DNA of 64,000 bases from the human T2T-CHM13v2.0 reference genome, Homo sapiens: NCBI RefSeq assembly GCF_009914755.1, contig NC_060931.1; one strand, written 5' to 3'. Positions 26,770-40,875 of the stretch are shown here, piece after piece; position 1 is the stretch's first letter; each line of letters opens with the position of its first letter. Below the pieces are notes generated by a model that was not told where the DNA came from, did no database searches, and worked only from the letters and a program-made list of their open reading frames with translations. The translations under genes were made by a program, and so were the position numbers.

Positions 26770-27250
26770 GGTATTAGTTAAGACTGTTTCAGAGAAACCA
26801 AATTCAAAACATCCTAAGCAAAAACAGAGTCTAACTAGCTCATGTAGCTGGGACAGCTGACAGAACTGGAGACACATCTACAGGAACTGGGACCTCCAGG
26901 AGCTGACCCAGGGATTCCCACTCCGTGTTTTCTGCTTCCTTTTGAGCACTAGCCTCACTGCCTCCTATCATAAAAGGTCTTCTCTATGAGGTGGGAAATG
27001 GATCCAATGGCAGCCCCATGAAAGTCCAGAAGAAAAGCAAAGCCTCCCTTTCCCACAGCCAATACAGAAATGTCAATGAGGGACTCTAATGCTTCTGTTT
27101 GGGATCCATACCCTACTTGAAACCAACTTTTATTACCTGGAAGGTGAATTCTGTGATTGGCCAGTCCTGTAGTATGCTGGGGTGAGGAGTAGAGTCTGTT
27201 AGCATAGTAAGGTGGATGGGAAGCTTGCTGCATAGACAAAAACAATAGTT
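26770..27250 (-). mobile_element. Old MLT1 (K/L-like) LTR
   Basis: gtattagttaagact...agaaaccaaattcaaa...gctcatgtagctggga...ctgtgattggccag pattern. Confidence 0.55.
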
Positions 27251-27662
27251 GTTGCAGTCTATTAACTTAATAGCCATTCTCTTGCCTTTATATTAATAAT
27301 GTTACTTTAGGTAATGCAAAAAAGCATCATCATCTTCATGGAGTGTTATATAAGCATAAAATTTATTATACCAACTACCTCATAGTTGGGCAAAATAAAT
27401 ATATGAGATTAGATAATTATAATTGTGATAATAAATGCCAAGGAATAAGTAAAACCTGCTCTCTTGCTCTCAGTTTTTAAAAAATGCAGCATAGAAACAC
27501 GTTTCTGACATCATCTAGCAGGCTGGCAATAGAAAAACTTTTTGGTCGGGACCCAAGGTACAGTCATAACCCAATTGCTCAAACCCAAGGAGCCCTATGA
27601 GGCTTCATCAGGGGTATATAGAACACCCACAGCCCTGTTTCCCTGACTGAAAGATTCTGTAA

Positions 27663-27714
27663 CAAAAAAGTAATTCAGAGGGACACAAAAAAGTAATTCA
27701 GAGGGACTCAAAAA
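27663..27714 (+). repeat. 23-bp tandem duplication
   Basis: caaaaaagtaattcagagggaca caaaaaagtaattcagagggact caaaaa. Confidence 0.9.
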
Positions 27715-29208
27715 CTCTATCCAGTCCTCCAGAGAAAAGAGATATGACAACAGCTCATTGGGAGGAACTGAGGTTTATGGAAAAGGAAAAATGAGGCTCC
27801 TCTCCAAAGAGTAAGAGGACAGCATCCCTCTGAGAGTTCCAATTAAGAAAGCTCAGGTGTGCAGTATTTGTTTTCTTCTCACTTAGAGAAATGGGAGCAT
27901 GTGCGTAAGCAGCATCAGGGCCACAGAGCAAGGCTGAGGACCAGCACCCTCCCTGGAAATCACAGCTAGCCTCTGAGCGTTAGTGTGCAGAACCTCGCTC
28001 AAGGGGCATGGGCGCCATCATCATAACAGACACCTGGGCTTGCAGGTGTCTATAATCCCAGCTAAGATAGAGTGTTTAAAACTCACATCTCCAATATTTG
28101 ATGCACTGTTAGTATGCTGATGATGCTACAATGCTAAGAGTTATTCCTAATTCTTTCTTAGAGAAATATGTAAAACAGCTCTATGTTTCAAATATGTATT
28201 ACTGTATACCGGGTGGAAGCGTAGGCACTGGGGATAAAAAGCAAACCAAAAGCAAGTGACCAAAGCAAACCAAAAACCCTGTCTTCATGGGGCTTATATT
28301 CTAGCTGGAGGAGACAGACAATAAACCTAAAAATAAATAAACTATACAGCATTCGGATGGTGGGAAGTGCTAGAGAAAAATAAAGCATGGCAGGGTATGG
28401 GTACGGGTTGGAATGTATAGGGGACACCTCCCTGCAATATACTTGGCTGTTGATTATTTGCAGGTGATAACCACAGAAATCCTCTTGCTCTGGTAAAGAC
28501 TACCTCTCACCAGTGTGAAAGAGGGGCTATAAAGAAGGGAAAGAGAAAGCCCACATGATCACCACAGTGGGATTCAGCCCTGGGCCACAACTCTGCCACA
28601 CATCTTGCCCATTTCCCACCTCAGTTTAGATTTCTGTGCCCCAACCTGGGCAATGATGTTAATAAAACCTGCATCCTAGCTAGCTCATGGCTCATTGTGT
28701 TGACAGGTCTCACGGCCATAAGCTGTCCTAAATATATATTTATCTTCATTTTGAATATTTAAAAGCTCACATTTGGGTTTTTATGCTTCACCACCTATTG
28801 ATTGAGCATCTACTATGTGCTAAATGCTGTTCTAGGTATTGCAGTGAGTAAGTATGTGTCCTCATGGAACTTACATTCTAATGGAGGAGATGAAAAATTC
28901 AACAATAAATTAAATACGGGCGATACCAACAAGAAGGAGATGCGATAACATTGAATAATCCAGGCGTGAGTTGATGATCACATCCTGAAGTGAGATGTCT
29001 CTCAGACAAGCTGAACTGAATTCCTGACCATCTGTGGTCACCTACAGAGCCCTTTCTATAAAGGTGTCATGGTAATATATTGGTATGAAAATCCAATTAT
29101 GGTTTGAGGCTTTCTAAAATGTTGAAAGAGCAGCTTCCTTTCTCTTACTGACAATCTGTTGTGTGGACAAATATGCACACACCCTTCCTTCCCCTAAGGG
29201 TTTCTATT

Positions 29209-29267
29209 TTGTGGACGGCAAAGTGTTATTCCAAGTTGTGGACTGCAAAAATGTTATTCCAAGTTGT
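29209..29267 (+). repeat. ~28-bp tandem duplication
   Basis: ttgtggacggcaaagtgttattccaag ttgtggactgcaaaaatgttattccaag ttgt. Confidence 0.85.
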
Positions 29268-31228
29268 ATAAAAGAGTGTGTGCTTTGGTTTCCAGAGTCT
29301 TTAGCTATTTATTCTAGCACTGCTGTTATGTTTAAAAAGAAGAAGAAGAAGAAGTGGTAAGGATCACATACTGGTAAAAATATGTATAATAATAACAAAT
29401 AATAGCATCTCCTTTTCAAATTAGAAAGTGAAGCTATAATCACCCCACACTTTTCATGTTCAAAAGCACTAGGTTCTGAGTAGATACAAGAGACTAGAAA
29501 ATGAAAATGTAGTTACATTACACTGCAACACCTTGGAGAGAGAAGCCTAGCAGATATGAAACTGAGAAAGCTACACGACGCAGTGTTGTAAGTGCTAATG
29601 CTTTTCCACACAAGTTCCCGCCTCAGCATTGCTGATTTGACCAAACACTTGTCTCTAGCCCAAATGTCTCCATGGAGTCGGTTTAAATTGAAAAGCAGTC
29701 CAAGAGAAGAAGTTCCTGGGTGTATGGATATGAATCCCTCTAGTCAGCATGGCAAGGAATCCAGCTCGACAACGCTTTCACATTATACACTTTGGGCCCA
29801 GACTTTGTGGACACAACAAACTTTCTGTGTGCAGCACAATACAATCGGACGTAATGTTCACTAAATATAACATGAGATTACTGTAAACACCACTCCGAGA
29901 GCTGCTGCGTTGCAGGCATCTAAACTGTCAGGAAAGCCTGCCAGCCAGAGACAAGGTTTCCAAATAAATTTACAGTCTCCACTAGCGGTGGCTAGACAAG
30001 TCAAAAATCAAATTATTTGGCATGGTTTCCCATTGAAATCAATGGCAATGAAGCTCACTTGGACTATATATGGAATGGCTTTTATAAATTGCACCTGTCA
30101 ATAAGGACCCCTTAAAGAAACACATACTACCTTAATGCTTCTCCTTAGAAACTTTGAATATCAAGCTAACTTAGATCAACACATTTTTTATTTGTCTTTT
30201 GTTTGTGTGTGTGCTTTCAAAAACAATAACAGCAGCAAAACAAACAAACTGGCAGGAAGCTGGTTTTCCCATCAGTGCCCTTGTTAGAAACAGAATGTCT
30301 AGAGAATATGCTTGGAGAAAAGCCATATTTTTAAACCACACTAGATATCTGATGCCAAATGACTGATGAAAGTAGTATCTAGTAGTAATGGAAGGTGTCT
30401 TTGGGACCTGCCCAGTGACTGAGGAGCAAGCTGTGAATATACAGCTATCCCTCAAGCTCCTGACTGGAGTGACCAGCAGTTCACTGATGATGAAATATTT
30501 TTACAGAAAATACCATGTATTTTCAGGTCACCTCTCCTCAGTACCCAAAAACAGACAGAACCCAATGAAGTGAATGAAATTCAGAGATCTCCATCCATCA
30601 GGGCAACTAGAATTCTGGCCACTCTATTTCATTGTTCAAATATTGCAAGAAAACCCCAATATCGTTTCTGCCCCCCCTTTCTCCACAAGAGCCTTTCCTT
30701 CTAGTAAACATTTCTCCACCAAAAAGAACCCCAGGAAATATCAGAAGTTCGACTGGGCTAAGGAGAGGGAAAAAAGAAATGTAGCAGCCAGAATGCATGT
30801 TGAATTTTAACTGTTGGTAAGTTCTTGGACCACCTGCCCAAGTGTATGCAAGCAGTTTGCAGAGAAAAATTCTTCCTTCAATTAAAAGTCCCTGTCTGGG
30901 TCTCAAACTTTTCTCCCTGGGCAAAAAGGATCAGAAACACCTCATTGAGTATTGGGCCACCATAACTGACTCATCAAAGGACATCTCTCCTTCCCCCCAA
31001 AAAAGCATGACTTGGAACAGCAAGGCATTCTAAGACAGAAAGACAACCCTCTCTGTGTTGGAAGAAAAGTAGCAGTGACTGTAATTAACAGAGCAGCAGT
31101 TGTGGAACTTCTAGGGTTGTATTTAAAGGCCCATGCAGGAACAGGGTGAGCAGTCGTGACTGCGGCTGTGTGGTAAAATAAGGATGGGAGCGGGAAATGG
31201 GGCAGGAGAAGTAAATAGGTATACTTAC

Positions 31229-31329
31229 AGCCCGCGGAGCCGAAGCCAGATTTTCTCGATCTGTTCCGGTTGCAGGTATTTCAGAGAGTTGCTCTCAAAT
31301 TCTTCAATCTCCTTGGTTGGCGACTCCAT
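31229..31329 (-). CDS. PDE1C: PDE1C first coding exon (short-N-terminus isoforms), 33 codons + 2 nt
   Basis: Reverse complement reads GCAGCT ATG GAG TCG CCA ACC AAG GAG ATT GAA GAA TTT GAG AGC AAC TCT CTG AAA TAC CTG CAA CCG GAA CAG ATC GAG AAA ATC TGG CTT CGG CTC CGC GGG CT|gtaagtat = MESPTKEIEEFESNSLKYLQPEQIEKIWLRLRG(L), which I recognise as the PDE1C N-terminus. Good Kozak context (G at -3, G at +4), consensus donor, and an acceptor (cctacctgcag|CT ATG) 2 nt upstream of the ATG. Confidence 0.96.
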
Positions 31330-32460
31330 AGCTGCAGGTAGGTGACCACTGGCGGTGAAGCTGAGATAGTTTGGGCTGTCCCCTCCCCGTCTCCTCGCCC
31401 AGCTCGCGATGCCCAGCCAGGCGCGGCGCGCGTTTGCCCGGCACTTTCTCGGCGCGCTCCCCCTTCTGCGCCCCCAGACTCCGACTTAGAGCGGACTCCG
31501 ATCGCGGCAAACCATGGCCCCAGGTGCGCTCCGGAGGCAGCTGCGGGAACCAGCCATGGTCCCGGGCTAATGCCCAGGGATAAGCACAGGGATAGGGATA
31601 GAGATAGGGATTGGGATTGGACTCCAGCTCCAAGAGAAAGCACCTCGGGTCTATTCGTATTCTCCCCCTACCCCCAAACAAAGCCACAGAAGCGATCAGC
31701 GCGCAGCTAAAGGGTTTGGAGGTGAAAAGGAGGGCTGGGTGGGGAGGAGAGAAAGTGAGAAGGGAGAGAAAAGCGGCGGCTGAGCAAAGCGGGAGCCGGC
31801 GCGGGCGGTGGGGCCTGACCCGGACGCCGCGCACCCGGCTCCGCCCCGCGCCCAGCGCCCCGCTCACTCCCTGGCCGCGCCTGCCTTCGCGCCCCTCTGT
31901 TTTCTCTCACTTACCAGCAGCTCTGCTGACAAGCGAGAAAACTGACAAGTGAGAAAAGTCGTCTGTCAGCGCCCGGGCTGGTGTCTGGGCTGTCACCGCG
32001 GGCGCGGAGGGAGGGGCGCGCGGGCACCGCCGTCTGCCGGGCACACGCTGGGCTCCGACCCCGGCCGGGCACACTCACCCCCGCAGGGCAGCCGCGGCCA
32101 CCACCGACCTGCGGAGCTGCGTGGGCTTCCGGAACCCTCACCTCAACAAGAGCTCGGCTCCGCGCGCAAGTAGGAGGGAAGGGAAATCCTTATCCTCCCG
32201 GGGCCAGGGCACGCAGAAGCCGCGAGGCTTCGCGGAGGTTGGGCCTGGAGGTCCCCCACAGCCTCACTCTCGCACCCGCCACAGAACCGGATCCATTTTG
32301 AAATATTGAAGCGACTGATGGGGACGAAGGGAACCACACACCACACTCAAAAACTCTTGATGTTTTCTTGCTAAAGGGGCTCTCTCGCTCGCGCTCTCTC
32401 TCCTCCCTCATTCCCTCCCTCCCTCCCTTTCACCCCCCCACCCCCATCTCTCTCTCTTGT
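31230..32460 (-). promoter_or_regulatory. PDE1C: CpG island / PDE1C promoter and alternative non-coding first exons
   Basis: Abrupt high GC and dense CpG (cgcggcgcgcg, gggcgcgcggg, GC boxes) against CpG-poor flanks. Minus-strand donors CTG|gtaagt (intron from 31914), GGG|gtgagt (32078) and GAG|gtgagg (32141) could splice to the acceptor at 31332/31331. A CT-rich tract lies at 32380-32458. Confidence 0.9.
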
Positions 32461-35400
32461 GCGGAAGAAAAGGAGAAAATATACCAATAGTGAGGAGGTA
32501 AGTTTCTTCAGATCAATATCACACGCTACTCAAGAGGGTCCCTCCTGGGTGCTGGCTGGGCGGCTGTGGATGGTGACAAAGTTTCAGCTCCACAAAGCTG
32601 CAACTCACTGTCAGGGTTCCCCTAGTTCATGAACAATGTCAATAAGGTAGAATGCTCTGGAAGAACGGGACCAGGTATGAAGTTGGGAGTCAGGGAGGGA
32701 GGACAGATGAAGAGAGGAACCAAAGACTGGGGGAATCCATGCCCAAGATGATTGCAAGCGACATCACAGAAGGGTCCGTCAAACTTCCTTCTAGGTGAAG
32801 CCACCACCAGGGGCTATTTCAAACCTGGCTCTCAGGGTTCCTGAGATTCAGGGTGGGGCATGCCCTATACAGTATTTTTCCTCAATGACAGGTAATACTT
32901 CTTTCCATCACACTCTCAGAATTATTTTCCTATCTATTAGATGATTACCTGCTTCCCAAAAGCATGATAAACTTAGAAGTGAGGACTAGTTTCTCTTCAC
33001 TGCTCAAGTAAAGTTCCATTCACCTGACCTTAACAAAGGAATAAAATGGTCTCTAAATCATAAATGCTCACCCACTTCATAATTGGCATTCATTTTCCAG
33101 AACTTAGAGGTGAGAGTGATGAGGATGCTTGGCTGGCCCCATGCATTCTAGCAGAGAAGGTAGTAACTCAAGGTAAGACAAAAGACCTGTTTGATGAAAA
33201 ACGACTTACCTACTCACCTGCCAGGTAAATCTGAAGTCGCCCCATTAAAGGCAGCCTTTTAAGGTTTATGGAGGCGCATATATTTTCACTGAGTTAAGGT
33301 ATTATTACTAGGCAATGGTAACATTAAGCAATATTTTAACATGGAGTTCATCTATCTGAATAAAACCAATTACCCTTCCAGTGTCACCCAGCAGAGAAAC
33401 AGTGCCCTGGGGAAATAGAATGTCACAAGAGGAAATTTTTATAGTGACGTGTTTTGAGAATGGAAGACAGCAGCATGGTCCCCAAATGGGGTATTTCCAT
33501 TAGTGTGTGCACCTTGGGCAGCCTGCTGGCACCATGTGGAAGTACAATAATGATAATAACAGCAAACAAGTGTCAGAAACTTTCCATAGCCCAAGCATTG
33601 TTCTAAGTGTTCTACTCTCATGTAATACTCGAGACTATTCTATGAGGTAGATACTATTATTATCATCCCCATTTTACAGTAAGAAAACTGAAGCACCAGG
33701 AGGCTTCCTAGACCAACTAGAGAGAAAACTGAACTAGAAAAGACCAGAGTTTGAGTTATGGCTGATTACCTTATCCTATACAAATACATCCCCCTCACAG
33801 AGTCCCATTTTCCACATCTATAAAGTGATACATTTAGGCAAAAATATTTTTATGTTGTTTTCAGCTTTATGATTCATTGAGGTCATCTGGAGAGACTTGG
33901 AAAAAGAAATTGCTGAAAAGAGAGACGAATAATGCTGAATTCACATTTTAACTATGTCATAGTTTCTCTAAGTACTGGCCTAGGATGAAAATATACAAAG
34001 GAATATTAAGCATGATACTTACCTTTCACTCCATACCACATCTATGACTTTTTCCTACTCTTAGTGGAATTTTGATTGTCAGAGAAAAGCAAATTTTGGA
34101 AGAAAAAGGAAAGAAATCGACTTTTGCTGCAATTAAGCAAATCAGAGAGAAAAGAGCAAAAACATTTTTTTTAAGTTTTTGAAGCTAGATTTTGTTTCAT
34201 TTGAGAAAATTTCTTACAAAATTAATGTGTATTAGAAAGTCAGGAAAAATATAACTTTGCTTTATCTACAGCCATAATAGTCTTTAGAGCAGGAAGGAGC
34301 CCAAAAGACAACACAGTTTGGAGGTTTTCAAATTTTTGAAGCAACAGAATATTTTATTTTAAATAATATAAGGAACTCAAATGCATAACTCAGCTTTAAA
34401 AAATAAAGATAGAGTGGCTCCAGTTGAATGGGGAAGGGAAGTAGTTAGTTCTCAAGTACAGAGTCCACCTCTGCCTCCTCTTTACCCCAGCTCTTAGTGC
34501 CCAATGCTCCCACTTTACAGATGAGAAAACTGAGGCCAAAATACCACAAAACAACTAAGGATTCCTTGCTCCTAAACCACATTAGAAAACAACTTTGTCT
34601 TCTCTCTGCCAACAAAATACTACTATTTTTAGATGCACCATGTTACTACGTCACTCAGATTGTGTTCTCTCTTCATCTATCACAGCCAAAGTATGCTTGA
34701 TAGTTGCAGCAACACCACAAGCCACAATTTCTACTAGCATTCTGCTCAGAGGCAAGCAAAAAGAAACAGATGCAAATAGACCTGGAAACAAAAGGTCTAA
34801 GAAAACACAAAGCCACTCACAACTTTGCTTTACAGTTTAATTTCCTTTGTTTCTTCCTAACCCAGATTTTTCAGTAAAACTGTTTAGGAAACATTACATG
34901 GTCAAACATCACTAAATGCATATAGACATGCATACATACATACATATATATATATGCACAGGCACATATACATTCATGTATGCATGCATACATACATATA
35001 ACCAACAATTTAAAGTACTCCTGCAAATTCACACAGAGTAACTAAGTCTATGGACTAGCCAACCTCTGCACTGTCAGAATTAAGTATCACAAAAGATTAG
35101 GAAGAAAGTGAGCTACCTGTCCCAGAGTTCAAGGGGAAGCTAGATGTTAATCTGATAAAAAAAAATAGGAATCAGGCTTTGAAGGCATGAGAATGACCCC
35201 CCTGGTCTCTTTCATTGCTAAGATTTCATGGTTCATTTATAATCACAATAACCACATCTACCACCCTACCAGTTTTTGAGAACTATCATTTGCCAAGCAC
35301 CATGGCAGGCACATCACAGGTTGATCCATTTCATCCCCAACAAAATACTTTAGCATAGTTTAATTATGCTCATTTACAAGTAAAGACAGAAAGGGCTCCC

Positions 35401-37059
35401 AATGGTCAGATAACTTCTGCAAAGACATACAGCTAATACATGGCACAGCAGGTTCCAAACCCAGACCAAAAGGCAAAGCTCATGTTCTCTTGCCTTTGCT
35501 ATACCACCTCCCTGCAGACACGCAAAAACTCTAGTAAAGAGGTATATAATAGAGAAGGTACGGAAAGGAGCAGGAGCATGGATGAGGGGATCATTCATGC
35601 TGTGGGGAAATTAGGAAGGCTTCATAGTGAAGGTGACATTTGAACTGGATCTTGAAAGTAGGTGGAGTAGAAATTGTTTGCATGAAAGGTGGGTGGAGGC
35701 AGGTGATTCCAGAGAGAGGGCACTGCATGAAAAGAGGCACAGAAACATGGTAACGGGTAGGGTGTCCTGCAATCCACAAACGTTTTGTGTGGTGTGTCTG
35801 TGAATGTGACACGGAACAGAAAGAGAAAATGCTGGAATGATCAGCCATTCTCTTGTTGTCATGGAAGAAGCTTGGGCTCTCTCCTATAGATGTCAGGGAG
35901 CCATGGGCACATCTAAACAGTGAGAGGCATGGCCACATGTGGAGGGTACCTGCTGCCCTGAATATGCCAAGGGCATTGTGCACAGAGGTCAGCTCTCCAG
36001 GAAGCTGCCACAGGAGCATGCAACAACTATGGTGCAAATGATAACCAGGGCTGCAGAAGAGAAATCCAGTGACCAACTGCAAACAAGCTCCTCCGCTTAC
36101 AAACAAGGAAGAGTAGAAAAAGGAAAATAGGCAAATCAGAAAGAGCAAAGCTTTTTTTCTTTCAGCTATGAGATGATGACTACTTGCTTTGACCTCCATG
36201 AAGCCAGCCTATGCCCTTGATCCATTTTTCACGACTTGGCAGTGGCATCATGAAGAGAGTCTGTTGAGGGGGAAATTCTGGAGACACATTTAGGACATCA
36301 GAAGTAGCACCACCAGGCACAGCAGCCCCTCCTCCCCGCCCACACCAGATGTGAGGCGGCCCCCACAATGTTCTGTCAACAGAGGCTGTTCTCTCTCACT
36401 GGCTTCCTTTGTGGGGAAAGGGGCCTCTTTGGCGACACTGTTACCCTGCTTCTCCCTCTGACGTCTTTTTCTGTTTGATTTTATAATTTGGGGCAGACTC
36501 TGTCTCAGGAACCACCTTCCCTAGAAAAAAGAGGTGAAAGAAAAGGCAGAGGACTGGCTAAGCCCAGAGGTACCCCCACTCTAGCCCCCCTCTGAAATGG
36601 GGCTCTGAATAGCCAGAATCTCAACTACATTACCAAGTAGTGGCCCAGAGAAGTGAGAAGACAAAGAGATAGAAGAGATAGGGCAGCTCAGGGGCAGCCC
36701 GATGTAGTCTGCATGTGACCCACAGTTTCTGCGCCTCTCTCTGCCAGGATCCTTCAGTTGCTCCCACAAGAGAAGCTTACATAATCCTTCCGATAGAGGT
36801 GGCACAGGCAAAGGAAAGGACTTGGAGTGGTACTGCCTCACCACGCCACCTAGGATAAGACCCTTCTCTTGTTTGGCCATGGTTGGGTTGGGCTCAGGGA
36901 CCTCTGGATCCCTTTCCAATGCTCACATACCCTAATGTTCCATCAACAGAGGCATGGTTAGTCTGGCCTGGGCTAACCAAGCTTTTCACGGACCCAAAAA
37001 AGCTGCAGGAAAACCTGAGTCTGCCCCCGCAGGCCAGATTTGACTATAATAGACATAAC

Positions 37060-37840
<781 letters not shown>

Positions 37841-37890
37841 TACAATTATTCCTTATAGGAATGTTGTAAGGAGAAAAAAAAAAAAAACAG

Positions 37891-38200
<310 letters not shown>

Positions 38201-38488
38201 TCACGTATGGCCAGTGCCTTGTACATTGGAGGTTCTCATAAAATAGTAGTGCTTCTTCCATCTCATCCATCTGGCAGGACACAAAGGGACAGAAACTGGA
38301 ACACTATAAAGGGATCTAGGGGTGGGCAGAGCACCCAAGGTAAATAGAAAAAGCCTGTATTATCTTGATAAATAGATATACCGATAATTTTCTTTCAGTT
38401 ACATTTTGATAATGACCTATCAAATCATTGCTATATTACATACATTAATCCCTCAGAACAAACCTGAAGTGAATGAAAACACTTTATT

Positions 38489-38786
<298 letters not shown>

Positions 38787-39578
38787 ACTTTATTATTATT
38801 ATTACCTCCAGTTTAGAAATGAGGTGGTGAAGGTCCAAGAAGTCTGCCAGCTTCCCTCCGGCTGGTCTGCTCTCCTCCAGCTAGTGGCAGGGCAGCAAGA
38901 CAGTGCAGGCCTCCTGACTTCTGGCTCCGTGGACATTCTGCCTCTCAGAATACACTGCCAACCCAGTATAATTAACTTGGCTGTACTAATGAAATTGAAA
39001 TTTTTGTTCACGTAAAACTGCTGATGCTACAAGTCAGCCAAATTCTGACCCAAAGGTACATAAATCAGCGGGTTGTTCTTCCTATCACTGTAAAGCAAAT
39101 TTGAATATGGAAAAACCTCAGAGCTGAAAGGGATCTTTATCCAAGCTCCTAATTCTTCAGATAAGGAACGAGCAGCTCAATCACATGCAGTCACCACACA
39201 AGTTGGCAGCAGAGCTTGGACCAGAAGTGATGTCCCTGAACTCCCAGCCCAGTGCTCCACTGTCTCTAAACTTTCTGTGGGATCAAGAATGGCTCCCACT
39301 TCCAACGGAGGACTGGTTCAATGGTTTGCTCAGTTAAGAAAAGATGCCCACTAAAAAGCATAGGCTGTTGGTAAATGCTTCTTGAAGAAAGGAGGTCTCT
39401 TGGGGAATTGGTAGAAGTAGAGAAGAAAGGCTCCAGGAAAGTGGAAAGGTCCACAGCAGCCTAGATAATAACAGAGAACCTGATGTGATGGGTGTAAGAG
39501 GGTCAAGAAAGGGACACTGGGCAACGGCTATACATGCAGACTGAAGGGGCCTGGACTACCGTATTAAAGTTTAGGCTT

Positions 39579-39882
39579 GGCCAGGCATGGTAGCTCACAC
39601 CTATAATCCCGGCACTTTGGGAGGCCGAGGCAGGAGGATCTCATGAGGCTAGGAGTTGGAGATCAGCCTGGGCAACATGGGAAGACCCTGTCTCTACAAA
39701 AAATTTTTAAAAATTAGCCAGGTGTGGTGGTGCACACCTGTGGCCCTGGCTACTAGGGAGGCTAAGCTGGGAGGATTGCTTGAGCCCAGGGGTCAAGGCT
39801 GCAATGAGCCATGATCACAGGATTACACTCCAGCCTTGGCAACAGAGCAAGACTCACTCTCTCAAAAAAAAAAAAAAGAAAA
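39579..39882 (+). mobile_element. AluJ
   Basis: GGAGGATTGCTTGAGCCCAGG and GCTGCAATGAGCCATGATC are J-type features; A tail. Confidence 0.92.
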
Positions 39883-40354
39883 TGCTAAGGCTTTATACTC
39901 TTGCCAATAGGGAAGCATTAAAATCTGTTGAGCAGGTGTGTAGGAGATGCAAAGTGGAAGTTTGATTTGCAAAGAAGGATTTAAAAACAGGATTTTCGAA
40001 GGTTGTTTTTGAAAGGCCACCAAAGGTGAAGATTTACAGATTCTTTTCTCTGTATCTGGAGGGAAATGATCTCACAAAACAAATAAATGCTGGAACCTTT
40101 TAAATTCATTCATTCGTTCAACAAACATTGGCTGAGTGCCTACTATGTGCTGCACACTCTGTGATACTAGGTATACAATGGTCAATTAAAATACTCCAGT
40201 TTTGCACCATGGATCTTTAATCTAATTGGGAAAACAGATACTAAACAGATTATAAAACAACAGATGCATCACTGTAAAGGTAAAGGGTGCTGAAAAGAAA
40301 AACAGGGTGCAGTGCAGAGAACAAAAGGAATATGATTTATTTATAAATAGGGTG

Positions 40355-40875
40355 GCATTTCAGCTATATTGCTGTGTAACAAACTATCCTCAAAATTCAG
40401 TGGCTTTTTAAAACAACCAATTTTTCTCTCTCATGATCCTGTGGGTTGGCCAGGTAGTTCTTCTGTTGGTCTTGTTTGGGGTCTGCCATGCAGCTGTAGC
40501 CAGATGGCAACCCGGGCTAGAATATCCAATATGGTTTCACTCACATGTCTGGTGCTTTGGCAGGGACAGCTGGAAGGCTGAGACCTCTCTCTTTCTCCAC
40601 ACGGTTTCTCCTCGTGGTCTCAGCATGTAGCTAAATTAGGCTCCTGTACATGGCAGCTAGATTGCAAGTGCAAGTGTGCCAAGAGTGGGGAGGCAGGAGC
40701 GGCCAGTCCTCTTACGGGCTAAGCCTAGGACCGGCACAACATCACTTCTGCTACACTGGGTTGGTTAAAGCAATCACAGAGCTAGCCCTGATTCAACAGA
40801 AGAAATAAACCCCACCTCTTGATGCAGGGTGTGGGGAGGGAGTGATACAGATACTTGCAGCCATCTTTAATACAC
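40355..40875 (-). mobile_element. MLT1 LTR nested in an L2 (L2 at ~40100-40340 and ~40880-41130, - strand)
   Basis: ttgctgtgtaacaaactatcctcaaaattcagtggctt...acatcacttctgctacac...ccacctcttgatg. L2 3' end attcattcattcgttcaacaaacatt lies upstream. Confidence 0.7.

Noticed and set aside
31281-32411. Numerous 60-187 aa ORFs on both strands in the CpG island
   Set aside because: Expected in stop-poor GC-rich DNA; Arg/Pro/Gly/Ala-rich with no recognisable domain. The real coding frame is the short PDE1C exon.
35591-36199. 202-aa minus-strand ORF
   Set aside because: Partly overlaps L2-like sequence, has no recognisable motifs or exon structure, and does not resemble PDE1C.
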